Shown: positions 37,069 to 50,835, numbered from the whole stretch's first letter. The stretch: 60,069 nucleotides of DNA, filler included, from Basidiobolus ranarum (GCA_040143965.1; 13 parts of 13 records of this genome joined end to end with filler, not necessarily neighbours in it); one strand, 5' to 3'. Translations and numbers: made by a program. The notes: a model not told the origin generated them from the sequence alone.

Positions 37069-38056
37069 ATTGAAATTAGCCTCAAATTTAAAGGCAAGCA
37101 AAATGCCACACAAACACCACAAAGCACCCTCAGTAGTGTCACACTACAAGGACATACATAAGTAGTCAAAGTGCTTGAGGAGTATTTTCACAAGTATGAA
37201 GGGAAAAACATAGTGCTAGTATGCAGAAAGTTGCTTCAGAAGAACAACACTCATCTTAACATTCAGTCTGGTGTTGACTGTGCAGATATCTGGGAAGAAC
37301 TCAATAAAGAGGAGCACAATATCACAGGGTACTCTCCAACCTCAACTGGTACTTCTCAAAGCATTGAAATTAGCCCCAAATTTAAAGGCCAGCAAAAAGC
37401 CACACAATCACCCCAAAGCACCCTCAGTAGTGTCACACTACAGGGACATACATAAATAGTCAAAGTGCTTAAGGAGTATTTTCACAAGTATGAAGGGAAA
37501 ACCATAGTGCTAGTATGCAGAAAGTGGCTTTGGAAGAAGAACACTCACCTTAACATTAAGTCTGGTGTTGACTGTGCAGATATCTGGGAAGAACTCAATA
37601 TAGAGGAGCATAATATCACAGGGTATCTGGCAGATAGCTGGAAGAATGTTGATTCAGCAACGTTAATATAATGGTGGGCTTTGATGGAGATTTTGATACA
37701 AACTCATGCTGGTATGAGCAAAACCTTGGGTATAAGGAACTCTATAAAAATATTCAGTAGAATATATCAAAGAGACAAGGGATTTTGAAGGTGACAAATT
37801 AGCATTTAAGTGGTAATTGTGTAAAATTTGAGTTACATTTTTCAAATATGTGTTGATCCATAGTTCTCTGAGATTTTAGCCAATCATGTACAACCACTTG
37901 GCACAATCTTGAAATTTCACTCCTGAAACTGCAAAAATTCATTAAAATCAAACCTAACTTAAAGATTTTATGATGGTAAGTAAACAGTCTATCCTGAATG
38001 GATTAAAACTGTGATGGTTTTCCTACAACAACAATCCTCAAATTTTTGTTAGGGTG
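37069..38056 (+). mobile_element. CACTA-like 3' region with an internal ~294-nt tandem duplication and terminus ...GTTAGGGTG
   Basis: The ORFs at 37171 and 37465 are near-identical and offset by 294 nt; the terminus matches other copies. Confidence 0.7.
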
Positions 38057-40330
38057 AAGTTATGTACTGTTTGCATGCAATTGGCAATCACTGAAACAGG
38101 TAAATATTGTTCTTATTTGGCTTACATACTGTTCATTCCCTGTCTTAAAGTTTTGATGAAATCACCCAAATATAGATCATTGATCCAATACCAAGTACTC
38201 ACTGTAAAGTTGATGGTATTACTAATATACTTGATGGATATCACTACCAGAATCTGAAAAGTCAAGGTTTCTTTGAGAACACATATGATCATGCATTTGC
38301 ATTGGCTTGGGATAGTTTCTCACTAAACAAATGTACTGTTGAAATGGCTTGCTGGCCATTATTTTAATTAAATTAAATCTTCCTCCTTCTGAATGGTATA
38401 AGAGTCATAATATATTGATACTATCCATCTTATCTGGACCAAAATCACCAGTGCTTATAGATAGCTTCTTGGAGCCTTTGATTGTGGAATTTGGATGGTT
38501 ATTTAATGGGGTTCAGATGAGTGAATATTTTATTAAGGCTAATATCACTATATGTAATAGTGACACTCCTGCCATCAGTATGCTTGGATGTTTTGTAGGC
38601 ACAATGCACTATCTAGCTACAGATTTTGTCAAATCAATAGAGTTTACTCTATTGGGCATATGCATTACTACTATCCAAGTACAAAACTAAACTCCATGAT
38701 TTTACCATCAAGAGCCCAGACAGATTTCAACATGATCACTGATATCAATTGCCCAAATAGCAGTCTAACACCAAACTTAGTATTAGCCATAAGCCTACGA
38801 TTATATTGCTAAAGAGGATCAGCTGGAGCCAGAGCTTCCCATTAGGCACTGTGCACTTACTATTTAACAACATTCCAATACTACTTACTCAGCTGTATAG
38901 TGGATAATTTAATAAAAATGAGCCATTTAAGATAGGATCAAAGTTTGAATTGATTGGGGAAATGCTGGAAAACATCAAGATAGCATCATTTTTAACAGGA
39001 CTCCCATCAGTATCCACTCATCTAGGTGCTTATTCAAATGCAATGACTGGTAGTATTAGACTTGTATATTTTCAAGTGGAATCCTAAAAAGATTTCTGCC
39101 TGATAAGTATTAGCAATATTGGGAGTTGCTTGTGGATGTTATTATATATTCTTATGGTATCAACTCACATTGGCAGATCTCAGGCAGACACAGCAACTGA
39201 GCAAAGATTTTGTAATCAGATATGAAAACTTTATTACAGGTTCAAAGAAGATAGACTGAATCTATGCCAGTATTCATTACATTCCCTGCTGCATCTTTTG
39301 CAATGCTTAAAGATTATAGTTCCTTGCTATACATTTTGGGAGTTCCCAATGGAGCACACCTGTGGTGAAATGATGCTTCATGTGAAATTGTCAGTATTAC
39401 TGTATGCTAATCTGATTAACAATGTATCAGCAAAAGCAGATACGGATGTAATGCAATGGTTAAGGAGACTCCAATGTATATTAACCTTTCAACAACGGAC
39501 TCTCTTCAATATGATCATAGATTTTCACATTGTTTGTGGACAATAATAGCAACAAAGCCCAATCTATGGACACAGAGTAAGTACCTCTATAATTTGGACT
39601 AATTTGTTTGTGTGATAATCTGATGGTATTTCTAGGAAAGCTGCAAGACTGACTTCTTGGTGAGTTATATTGAGATATGCAGTATTATCATTTTAGCCAT
39701 GAGGTAATCCATTCAAGCAATGACACATCTACTTGTGGCAGGACATTTGCAGACTGCAAGTTGGGGAAGTTTTGGCTGAATTCTTTATGGAAATTTGCCA
39801 AAATCAAAGAGCTTGTTCTCATTCTGAACATTAACAAGAGTCAGCTATTTGCCAAGTGTGAGTGCTATTCAAAATTTCAGATGTTTAGCAATTTTTTCAC
39901 CACTAGTTTGCTGGTAAAGCATATTGATGTTATTGAGTTATGTTTGATCAGTCAAGTATGTGCATATGTAGAGACTGAACACAACAAGATTCTTGTATTT
40001 TTTGATTCTCATTATGGCGGGAACACAAAACCTAAAATGTCTAAATAAAGGCATGCATACTAATTTGAATTCCTACAGCAGTAAACCCAGTAATTTGCCA
40101 TTTGAAAATTATATCTTTGCAAAAATTGCCAGAAATTATATAACTCCTGCCAAATATGAGGATCAATATTTTAACATGTATGAATATCATCAGAATACCA
40201 TCAAGAAGCTGCAATCACACCATCAAAGTTGTTGGCAGAATGCAAGCCACCAATATTATGACAGTTCTTGGACAGTTTTGTGATCAAGAAGGGTGGATCC
40301 AATCTGAATCAAATCAATTTTATTTTTGTT
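38057..40330 (+). mobile_element. Decayed Tnp2 transposase and downstream region of a CACTA/EnSpm element
   Basis: AFALAWDSFS, NLPPSEWYKSHNILILSILSGPKSP..IDSFLEPLI, CNSDTPAI, HNALSSYRFC, HSLLHL and CYTFWEFPMEH, spread across broken frames. Confidence 0.8.
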
Positions 40331-40548
40331 AGGGGTTTGCTGGTAGAAGATTTCTTTTTGTAGTCTTCAATAATCAATACTGCTGTGTCTAATGCAAAAG
40401 TTATGTAAAGTCTTGTACTTTACCAAACCAATGAAATGGTTTAGTGCAGAGCTGTAGAACTATTTGAACAGGAGATATGTGCGGAATAGATCTTACTATT
40501 ATGGGCTTGGGAATAGTAAAGCTAACTATGTAATACACAAAATGTTGG

Positions 40549-41049
40549 TGTTAAAGTATTTGGGAGCCTGTTGGAAGTGGTCTGGAGAATTCAAGGAATT
40601 GGTTGTTTTTACTTATTGATTTATTGGGTTTAAAGTTGACATTTATAGTTTTATGTAAACAAACTAACATGTAGAATATGTTAAGGAAGGTCCCAGGAAC
40701 ATGTGTGCAAAGTTTGGAGCTTCAAGCACAAATTTGAAAAATCTATATATCTGAGAACTTCTAAGTTGATAAAAACATTGTAAGTAAATTCTGATTGAGA
40801 ATAATTGATAATGTCTTAGTGAATTATAAGATAACTAAGTACTAAGCTATATATGACTATCTAAGTGTTTAGGCAGTGCTAATATCAACACTCTCCCTCA
40901 ACTAAATAGTCATAGAAACTAATCCTAACAAAGGTCTAAATTTCTCAAATTTCTGTCTAGCCAATGGTTTGGTTAATGTATCAGCAATCTTGTCTTCTGT
41001 AGAACAATAAGTTAAGTCAATAAACTTATTCCGTATAGTCTCTCCAATG
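40549..41049 (-). mobile_element. Copia 3' end: RNase H tail, PPT (40891-40903) and 3' LTR family A (40549-40890)
   Basis: The minus strand reads IDLTYCSTEDKIADTLTKPLARQKFEKFR, then AGTTGAGGGAGAG|TGTTGA...TTAACA. This defines the family A repeat as an LTR and fixes its orientation. Confidence 0.88.
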
Positions 41050-41593
41050 AACCCTAACAGAAATTTGAGGATTGTTATTGTAGCAAAACAGTCACAATTT
41101 TAATCCATTTGGGATTGACCATTTACTTACTGTCATTAAATTGTCAAGTTAGATTTGATTTTAATCAATTTTTTCAGTTTCAGCAGTGAAATTTCAAGAT
41201 CTTGCAAAATAGTTGTGCATGATTAGCTAAAATCTCAGGGAACTATGGATCAACACATGTGCAAAAAACAAAACTCAAATTTTACACAATTACCACTTGA
41301 ATGCTAATTTGTCACCTTTGAAATCCCTATTCTCTTTGATATCTTCTCCTGAATATTTTTATAGAGTTCATTGTACCCAAGGTTTAGCTCATACCCAACA
41401 CAAGTTTGTGTCAACATCTCCATCAAAGCCCACCATTGTATTGACGTTGCTGAATCAACATTCTTCCAGCTATCTGGCAGAGACCCTGCAATATTGTGCC
41501 ACTCTGTATTAAGTTCTTCCCAGATATCTGCATGGTCAACACCAGACTGAAAGTCAAGTTGAATGTGCTTCTTCTGAAGCCACTTTCTGCATA
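41050..41593 (-). mobile_element. CACTA-like element terminus inserted into the copia RNase H
   Basis: ACCCTAACAGAAATTTGAGG end directly abuts copia coding sequence; the remainder matches 37510-38056 in reverse complement. Confidence 0.7.
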
Positions 41594-41695
41594 NNNNNNN
41601 NNNNNNNNNNNNNNNNNNNNNNNNNNNNNNNNNNNNNTTAATTAATTAANNNNNNNNNNNNNNNNNNNNNNNNNNNNNNNNNNNNNNNNNNNNTT

Positions 41696-42040
41696 CCTGG
41701 ACATCCACTTAACTACGGCACCTATATCCGTCTTCGCCACGTTGAGACTAAGCGTCAAGCTCACAGTCATAATGGTCTTAGAGCATTACGTTCATCACAA
41801 CAAGAAGCCACTGGCTACGGTGGAGAAACTTGCACCGATAACAATGACCACTGGATAGTGGAAAAATATGGTGGAGGACACGGCGCATGGTCAGCTAACG
41901 ATATTGTCACGTTCCGTCACGCTGAAACTGGACGTTACCTTCATTCTCACCCCGAGATGATTGATAACGATCGTCAAGAGGTTACTTGTGGTGGAGATGG
42001 TAGAGATGAGAATGACAAGTGGAGAGTCTGTTTTCATTAA
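41696..42040 (+). CDS. MIR-domain protein (SDF2/PMT-loop-like), 3' part
   Basis: YGTYIRLRHVETKRQAHSH..QQEATGYG..DNNDHWIV and FRHAETGRYLHSH..RQEVTC...DENDKW are two MIR repeats. Confidence 0.85.
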   Translation, partial: PGHPLNYGTYIRLRHVETKRQAHSHNGLRALRSSQQEATGYGGETCTDNNDHWIVEKYGGGHGAWSANDIVTFRHAETGRYLHSHPEMIDNDRQEVTCGGDGRDENDKWRVCFH

Positions 42041-42700
42041 GCAGAAAACCATTTAAATGAGTGAAGTTTGCAAGGATATTAATACTAAACTCCATATCTG
42101 ACCTTATTTCCATCAGTCATTTGTATAGTTTTATTGCGATTGTTTCCAACCTTCTAGTATATCATCATTATTCCTTGCATGATTATTTGAATAGTAATAA
42201 AGTAATCACTTGTAACGTACGTACACGTACTGAAGAACATATATCTCCACACTGACCCATCTTGTAAAGTATGTACTAATACTAGCGTAGTTGCTTTGTT
42301 GCTAGATGGGTGATATTTCCAAGAAAAAATTGTTTCAATGTGATATCATGGGATATACCCTAGATCTTTTTATATCTATTGTTACATTTATAAATGTGAT
42401 TGATAATTTCGTCTATAATTATAGAAGTAAATTGCTGATAGCGGGGGAATTCAAAATTCAGTAATAGAGTAGAATGTGAGGTGATTTCGAAAAAAAGAAT
42501 TAGTACGTTCGTAAACTACGCAATATAAAAAAGTTGGGTGTGACTAATAGTTAACGATATACTAACGAGTCGGTATTTACATACTCAGCTTATGGGGGAG
42601 GGGGTAGTATGTTGTGATAAAAAAGAATAAGAAACCCAAAATTACCACCAAAAAGCGGCGTTATTACATTATATGAGCGAGTTGAAAGTGTGTCTAGTAA

Positions 42701-43244
42701 TTATAGGATAGATGTAACTGTGCTATAAGAATTCATAATACATACCAACGTATGTATCATACCCCATAAGCAAGGTACCCAAGTTGACATTCGAAAGGAG
42801 CCAGCGTTATACACTATGGCTAAGACGTAACCTTATTGAGAAATAGGTTGAACATTGGTGAATTACTCTTCTAATACAATTAAAAACAGTTTATAATTTA
42901 CCCATCACTGAGCCACTACAGAAAGCTGCAACCAAACCAAGTAGTAGGAATATTATCGGAACTAAAAAGGACCATCGAGTTCGTCGTATGGAAAAAAATG
43001 CCCATATTCCAAGAACACCGTGGACAAGGCCTGCAAATATTAGAGTCCACACAGTGGTGAAGATCCAAACATCTAAGGTGAAAACGGTTAAATTTCAGTC
43101 AAAGGTAAACACTTTATGGAGAAGTAAACTAATACCATGTAGATAATAAAGAAATCTTCCGTTGACATCGGTGCTAAATGGCCAATAAAGTGAAGGCCAA
43201 GGCGGTCGAGCATAGCCTGGGGGTACGGAGGGGAGATTGGACAT
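42701..43244 (-). CDS. TMEM170-family membrane protein, 136 aa; exons 43244-43136, 43072-42902, 42831-42701 (absent from the ORF track)
   Basis: Splicing two GT-AG introns gives MSNLPSVPPGYARPPWPSLYWP...LYYLHDVWIFTTVWTLIF...GSVMGYVLAIVYNAGSFRMSTWVPCLWG; 411 nt in frame. Confidence 0.85.
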
Positions 43245-44917
43245 CAATATGACGAAAAGAAATGTTGTGAAGATATCAAAGTAACATGATTGATGAAGTA
43301 GAAAAACCCCGCAGCGCTAAATCAGCTGTGACCTAATATCGACCTAATGCTCTATTAGCACCATCATTCTCGCAGTGACACAAATCTGTATCTAATTCCT
43401 GTGAATTTCGCTCGTGTAATATACGAGATAGGACGGACTATCCAATAAAAAGGTCCCATAATATCTCACCTGTACCAGTGATAGTGAGTCCGACTCTTAT
43501 TGGGTCAGCATAGTTATCTGGTGGAACTTGATTGGTAGGGGGTTAAACAGAGCACAAAGTAAGCACCCAAGTTACATAAGCTAAACCCAAGGGGCATATT
43601 AGTCACATATGATATCTATCTAAACCTAGGTTTACTGCCATCAGAGTTGATCTAATACTCCTGGAATGAATGGGAAATAATGGTTCACTCGAAAAGCATA
43701 TTCCATCGAAGACGCAGCCTCGGGGTTTCCAAAAACGAACTCTGAAGCAAATGTACGGCCATGCATTCTGGTGACCAAATACAACTCCTAGCAGCTCCGT
43801 TAGTAGTTTGTACATTCATAGGCTTGGGCAGCCTTTAGAGTCAGGTATTTAAGGTTGGGTTATACTGTAGCACTTGTCAATCATGAGGTATGTCTGATTT
43901 AGATTAGCCTTGGCACACTGACTTGGCTTGTGGACATTCTTGTTTCAATAGTAAGAAAAATCTTGGTCTCGATCTCAAGATAGTCTCCCTTCGTTCGTCA
44001 ACGATTGGTGCACCATGCTAGCTTTACGTGTTAAGCTTATTTCGCTCACGCTTAATCGTTCACACGCCCCTGGGATGTAAACTTCATGATGCAATCACAC
44101 TTTGTATCATTTGATATCTTGTTGAACCTTAAACACCAAGCGATCTTCCAAAATCGAATGGGCACCGGGAGTTTCTATTCCAGTCAAATGGTAGTTCAAG
44201 AGATGTCTCAGCAAAGGGGCCAATGATGCTGTCAATCACTTGTTTGCTCAGGTATTGCCGACGATAACTATGAGACTGTAGTAGAGCGAGAGTACCTGGT
44301 GGATTGAAAATAAGATGTGCTGCGTTGCTGTACCCCGTACGGCTGACGGCTTGCGAATTCATTTTGTAACAAGATCATCTGATACTAACCGTAGGAGCAC
44401 TCTGGTAATATCGGCTGAAATGACAATTGATCTACTAATGATGTCGTGGCAGTTTGCTATAATATCATTGTTAGATAAAACGCAGTCAAATAACCTACTA
44501 TTGATCCAAATCTAGCTAGTTTAGTGACTATGTTGCCAAGCTTGTCTTACTATCCCAGGGCTCTACAATATATATTGCTATATTTTTGACAAAGGTTTTG
44601 TCAGTTTAAGGTGTACCCACGCAGATCTTGAAATTTGTCGCATATATTAAACGCCGATTCCTCTGAGGTGAGATATTCCTTCGCAGTATATAATTCCCTA
44701 CTTATTTAGCAGTTGCTCGGATGCTCTCATAAAGTGCCTATCTTTACCTAATCATTCTCTTGTTAATCTATATTTAAAGAAGGCGTTTTATTTCCAACGC
44801 CACATCCACATTGCATCTATCTATATCCCCAAGCTTACTTCCAATACTTAACCCTCAAACAAACGCATCACTTTCAAGGCCTGCTTGTGAGATACGCTAA
44901 CCATAAAGTACTTCAAC

Positions 44918-46002
44918 ATGGGCTATAATACTTTCGAAGCCGATAAGCGCAACGAATGCTCCAAGACGTCGATTACTTGTTCTGAAGAAAGCTTAAACTC
45001 CACTGTTACTATTAAAAGTATAACTTACGAAGTAGACGACGTGACTAGTATTAGTGACAGTTTCCTTTACCCAAGTCTCTCCCATAAAACGGAAACTGCC
45101 TTTCTACATTCAATACTGCCCCAATGTGATGCAGAACTTGCATCGAGAATCATGCGCCGCATGGATCATCTTGCAAACCACGATGATGCCGCACGTTTAG
45201 ATACTATGACATTCTATTCCGTCGCCTTACGTAGACTTCCGGCTATAATGGTCACTCTACTTTTAGAAATGTTTGTGGTCGGGTTCATTGATCATCACCG
45301 AGATACTATTGTAAACCATGCTCTAATTGCGAGCTTTTTGCCTGCGATATCAAGTGTCTCAAGTAAGTTTATGAAATATCCTCCAAATACCAATTTCCAT
45401 TGTTACTAAACATTCTCATCTTATAATCCCATTTGATTACAGCTAATATCGGTTAGTTACTAGGCTCTTCACCTCTCCCCTATTTTATGTTTACTAACTG
45501 TAACTGATAATTAGGCCTTCAATCGTCCACCTCAACATTACGGGCTCTGGCTACAGGCCATGCTCCCAACACTGATCCTGTTACCGTGTTCCGTTTTGTA
45601 TTTAAAGAGCTTTGTTCAGCAATATGTACGGCACTATTGTGTGGTACGTTAATAGGGATAATCGGAGGTGTATGGGATAACACTTTTCGCTTTGGAATGG
45701 TCACTGGTGTGAGGTAATATCTATACTCCTGAGAGTCATACAAAATAGCGTCTATAACACTTTCCATTTAGTATGATCTTTAGTACCGTACTGGCGGGAA
45801 TTCTTGGCACTTTAGCACCGTTTTTTTTTACTAGACTTCAGATTGACCCTGCACTCATGGCTGGTCCCTTTGAAACCGCTTTTCAGGTAATTTCTTGGTT
45901 CGCCGAATTCAGCAACATAAAGTACTGAAATCAACCGAATTTATTTCTTAGGATATGACTGGAATGGGGATATACTTGGTTATCGCCAGTATATACCTTT
46001 AA
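44918..46002 (+). CDS. MgtE-type divalent cation transporter (membrane domain only); exons 44918-45362, 45443-45451, 45515-45713, 45772-45886, 45952-46002
   Basis: The spliced product has RRLPAIMVTLLLE, ASFLPAISSVSTNIGLQSSTSTLRALATG and IDPALMAGPFETAFQD, matching MgtE motifs GN.G.Q....R.LA and DPA...GP..T...D. Confidence 0.8.
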
Positions 46003-47066
46003 ACGTTCGATAATGATCCGAAAGCAAGTATCGTACTTTTCTACGCAACACCAAGCCGGCATTACCCTACTCTAGATCTCAACTGCTCGCAGTCGATCAT
46101 CTTTCCACCCTAAGCAGCAAGCTGAGGCCATTTAATATTATCTTGACTTCTGTCTGAAAATAAAATGCTGGTTTAAGTTTTCAAGTAACTATTTGAAACG
46201 CGGGGGATAGCGGATGNNNNNNNNNNNNNNNNNNNNNNNNNNNNNNNNNNNNNNNNNNNNTTAATTAATTAANNNNNNNNNNNNNNNNNNNNNNNNNNNN
46301 NNNNNNNNNNNNNNNNATCGAAAACATTATTTTTAAGGTAAGAAAATAACCCCCGATGTTCTATGGTAAAAATGGTACCAAAAATTTGTATCTTTTTAGG
46401 GTACTTCCTTTTTAAAATTGTTAAAAAAGATAGGAAAGGTGTCTAAGTAAGGTAGTGTTAATACCCTATGTGTTACAAGTCCATAGTTTTGCCATCTTAT
46501 TCCTAAAATGCATATTTATGTCGCTGATTAACTTTCATAACGATGTTGAAGTATTTCTCTTTTAGATAGGTTCAAGTTCATGGTGGGAAAAATTTTGTTG
46601 ATTTTAAAATTGTACATATGAAAGTTAAAAGAATTAACCGAAATGGCTGAAGAGAAATGAACGGTGATACGGGCTAGAATCTGGGGGAATGGAACATGAT
46701 TGTCCCAAGTAACCACCCATAAATACTACTATGGGGAGGTCAGCTATGGATTAGGTTCACAAACATGATATGAAAACAGGGTATGCTTGGAAGCAAGTGG
46801 AGAAAATTGAAAGCGGAACTTCAGTAAAAAGACTAATGATCACTAGCTGCAAAGGAATCTCCAGTATTCAAAAGAAGGAGTTGAAAATAGGCCTGAGAAG
46901 ACCGTTGGAACATGAGGGAATGCATAACCGAAATAAATAGTAAACTAAAGAACTAATGAGAAATACACGAAAAGAGGGAAAATTTTAAAAGTATATTCGT
47001 TAACATATGTCTGAAATAAGTTTGGGAATGAGGAGCTCAACAATCATTCGAGTAATGACTCGATTG

Positions 47067-50000
47067 TTAATGCGAACCAGCTCTGCTCCTTTGGCTAATC
47101 AACAAGACTTCTTTTCTTGGCTCACGCTTTAAACTGATAGCGTACAATTCTTCTGGATTCCAGCCAGATGACGCTTCAATTTGATTAGTGAGGTATGAGC
47201 GCAAAGTAAGTGCTGGGGCCAAGTTATAGGGAACTTGAAATCTTTGGATTTCTTCGATTATTCTTACGGTTTTGACGTGTTTACTGAAGTTGATCACTTG
47301 TAAATCAGTGCGTCGGAAGGAAGGATTTCCGTCATCCATGAATGTTAAATCCGTCAGATAAACACCTAAAAAATGATGTGAGCAAACGTACGATATGAGC
47401 TATAAACTCGAATGTATACCCATAAAAGGTAGACAAGGCAACATGGCTTGCTTGATTTGTTTGCGATATTCGTGATAATTTCGACTGTGATCGGTAACGT
47501 GTCGAAGGTTGTCAATTAACAGCTGGTATTTACTAGGAAGCAACTAGAAATACAAAAGTCTCAACAAAAAGATAATGCAGATGAAACTTGTGAGCTCACT
47601 TACACTCCAGGTACGCTTCAATCTAGATACCATGGATATATTCAAACCACACATAATGGCCATCAACGATTGGAAATTATTCAAGGAGTAGCATTTCTAC
47701 GAAAAACAGTGATGGCATTGATCTTGGTGGCTCGATGAATTCGATATATATAATCACAGGACTTACCTCGGCTAGACGAATAAAATAACGTAGAAGATCT
47801 AAACGCTTCCGAATGTTCTCTTCTTGAATAATACTAAACGCCACCCACTCCGTTATCTTCATAAAGATGAATCAGCCAAGAACCCAGGAGCTCACCATCG
47901 ATATTATTTAATGAAGACAACATACCTTTGTACTCATCTTGGACATCTTTCTCACATTAAAAGACAGGCTGTCTTCTTTCTTAGAAAACTCCTGGCCAAT
48001 AAGTTCGTGTGGCCGAATAGAGCAAAACATCTCGTTCTCCATGAGAGTAAGTTGTCTGGCCACTTCCGTAGGATCGATTTCCACTAGATTTACATCTTGT
48101 CTTGCGTAGAGCATATCTAGTGTTGATTTCATTAACAGCGTGGGTGGAGGTGGCTCATGAGGTACCTGAGCTGCAGCTGCAGCCATTAGTCTTCCAACAG
48201 ATTTCGAATTTTTTAAACGTAATGAGCCAGTGTTGGCAGGTAGCTTTTCCATTTTATTCGTCAGCTCCATCTGGGTTTCAGATTAGTTTAAGGAGATACT
48301 TGAAACAGTTTACAAATGAACTTCCCACCTTTTCGTTGATGAGATTTACAAGTCTTTCTGCAGGCACCGGCATCATATTTTTCATACCATTTTGTGCCAG
48401 ATTTAGAATGGACGACAAGCATTCGTAATCTTCGTCTTCATAAAAGTAGGACTCCAACCAGGCTTTAAGTATGTTGTGCACCCTGGGTAGAAGACACATC
48501 AGAGAGATACTTGCAAGTCTTGGAAATTAGAAAATCAACAATACCTGAGACGAATAGGAGTGAGCTTACGCTCGTCCCAGATACGAAGCTCTGCTAAAGT
48601 TAGCCCTTGTGGAGGACTTAAATTGAATCTAGCTAGGAGCAATTGGCAGAATAGCATTGGAGAACAGAAATTTCGGAACGTGAGTAAAAATACGTTCACG
48701 AAATCAGAATCTAGGAAAATCCGTCTTAGTATTCGAAAGATTAAATCAGTATAGAGATATGGACATACCGATTGTCGTGTCGTGTAAAGTTAACCTTTCC
48801 ACGAGAACTTGAATCGTACCACCAATTAGTTGACCTTCGCAATTGAAGACAATCTCTTCATCAGAGTAATCGTAGCCAAGATACCATTCTCCAGTCTTTG
48901 TGTCCTGTAAATGATTAGTTTACGAAAATTTGGTTTAACTTGAAAATAAAGACGACCTACATGAGAATTTCTTTCACTGGCTCCACTACGGTCTGAATGC
49001 GAATCCTTCTTCCCGGAAAGATCAAAGATAGATCTCTTGCGAAAAAACCCTATATGTAACGAGTATAATTTCAGAAACGGAACCTCAAAATCCACAGAGA
49101 AACCATTCGCTACTTACCCATACGCTTGGGCGGCTTGTCAGTATTATTTGACGAGAACAAACCAGAAGTTAAAGCAATTGGTAGAGACGGCCTTCTAGCT
49201 GTATTGAAGCCTAATGAGAAGGACAACTTTGATGATATCGAAGGAGGGATTTGACTAGTAGGAACGGGTGGTTTACGAAAATCGAAAACTGACTGCTTTC
49301 GCGGTTTTTGATGAGCTACTTCATTCATTGGATTAATTGGCAAAGGGTTGGGTGGCTCGATATTTGTAGGCGATTCGCATATATGAATCGTTTGAGCTGA
49401 GAAGTTACCTAATTTCAGTAGTCGATTGTCGCGCCCAACACCTCCTTGAAGAAAGGTATGTTTTGGTCCTTCATTGGACGGAGTGCGTTGCCTGGTCTCT
49501 ATATAACGCCCTAGATTCTCCACCGAAGAACATTGGAAATATTTCTGAGCTTCATCTCCAACAAGGTGAGGATCTTCATTTGTATGACTGCTCCACACTG
49601 ACGATGTGGAAGAAAAACTGGATGAGCGTGTACTCCCTCTTCCAACAGTGTTATCACTAAGGTCGCTAGTCTTACTAAATCTCACACAGTGCGCTCCATC
49701 GACATCCTCTTCCCAGTCACTATCAAGCTCTTCCTCCTCTTTCAGACTCCTCAAGCTAGTAGCTCTACGCTTGAGCATTTGCAACTCTGACTCGGGCTGC
49801 TCCGCTCCTAAATCATCCAATAAACTAATTCGAGCGACGAACTCTTTTTCACTGAGCAAACGCTTCGTGCTCATCACCAGTTCTTCGGAGGAGACAAGCA
49901 CTCGCATAACATGTGCCGTCATAGGAGGATTGGTATTTTCTCGTACAAAATCAAAAAGTAAAGCTCGCGCTCCGGTAACCAGTTGATTTACGTCATTGTA

Positions 50001-50835
50001 CATGTTGCGTTTCTTTTCTAGAAATGAGCGATGTAGATCAAATATCTTCGGAGTAAGATCCAAAAATGTGGTGTCATTAGGGGTTGGCACGCTCATGTTT
50101 TCAACCAAAGAGAGCAGCTGCCCGATCGCATCTATGGTTTGGCAGATTTGATCTACAAGCTCACCGGTGCAGTGAGCGTCTAGTGACAACCGATTGGCAG
50201 ATTTTGCAACCTTGGAGACTTTTGAGATGATACACTCGGCAAAGGAATCCAGTTGACTGATGAATTCATCTTCACTGTAGCTAGCGCCTTGCAAGCACAT
50301 TTCTTTATGAAAAGTCGACCCATTGGGATAGTTATATTGCTGGTAGATGGATTTGCGATCATCGACAATAGGTACAGGGCGTAGAGCAATCTGGTGATGC
50401 TTTGCTAAAACGGCAAAATAACCGATAGAATCAAGCAGTTGCCTTGACTGCGATCTAAGTTTACAAATTACATCGCTTGGAGGCCATATGCTTTCAGCTA
50501 ATTTGCAGATCACCACTAACCAGTTGACCTCCCCAATCACCTTATGTAGTTGATCGGAAAGGTCTGGATGTTGTAATGGCTCCGATGTCCAGTATAGTGT
50601 GCCTGAAGCAAGCAACATCTGGCGGATATTAAATATCACTTGATGCACCTGCCTGACATATTCCCGTTTTTCTAGGTTATTGATAGATACTTCTACTTCT
50701 GATAATAAGTCCTCCCAAGAGACCGATTTGGTTTGACACGGATAGGAACCAATAGTAAGAAAATTGGAATCATTACGGATAGAGTGGATGGTCCTGATTA
50801 CTCTTCTGTGTGAATCCTGAGGTCTTGAAGGCACA
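47067..50835 (-). CDS. Ras guanine-nucleotide exchange factor (Cdc25-like), multi-exon, 5' end missing
   Basis: REM segment (DSDFVNVFLLTFRNFCS, RVHNILKAWLESY) and RasGEF domain (DPTEVARQLTLME, PCLPF, DDGNP, INFSK, EIQRFQVPYNL, LYAISLKREPR). Confidence 0.92.

Noticed and set aside
43400-44520. Short ORFs on both strands between TMEM170 and MgtE
   Set aside because: No recognisable motifs and no consistent exon chain.
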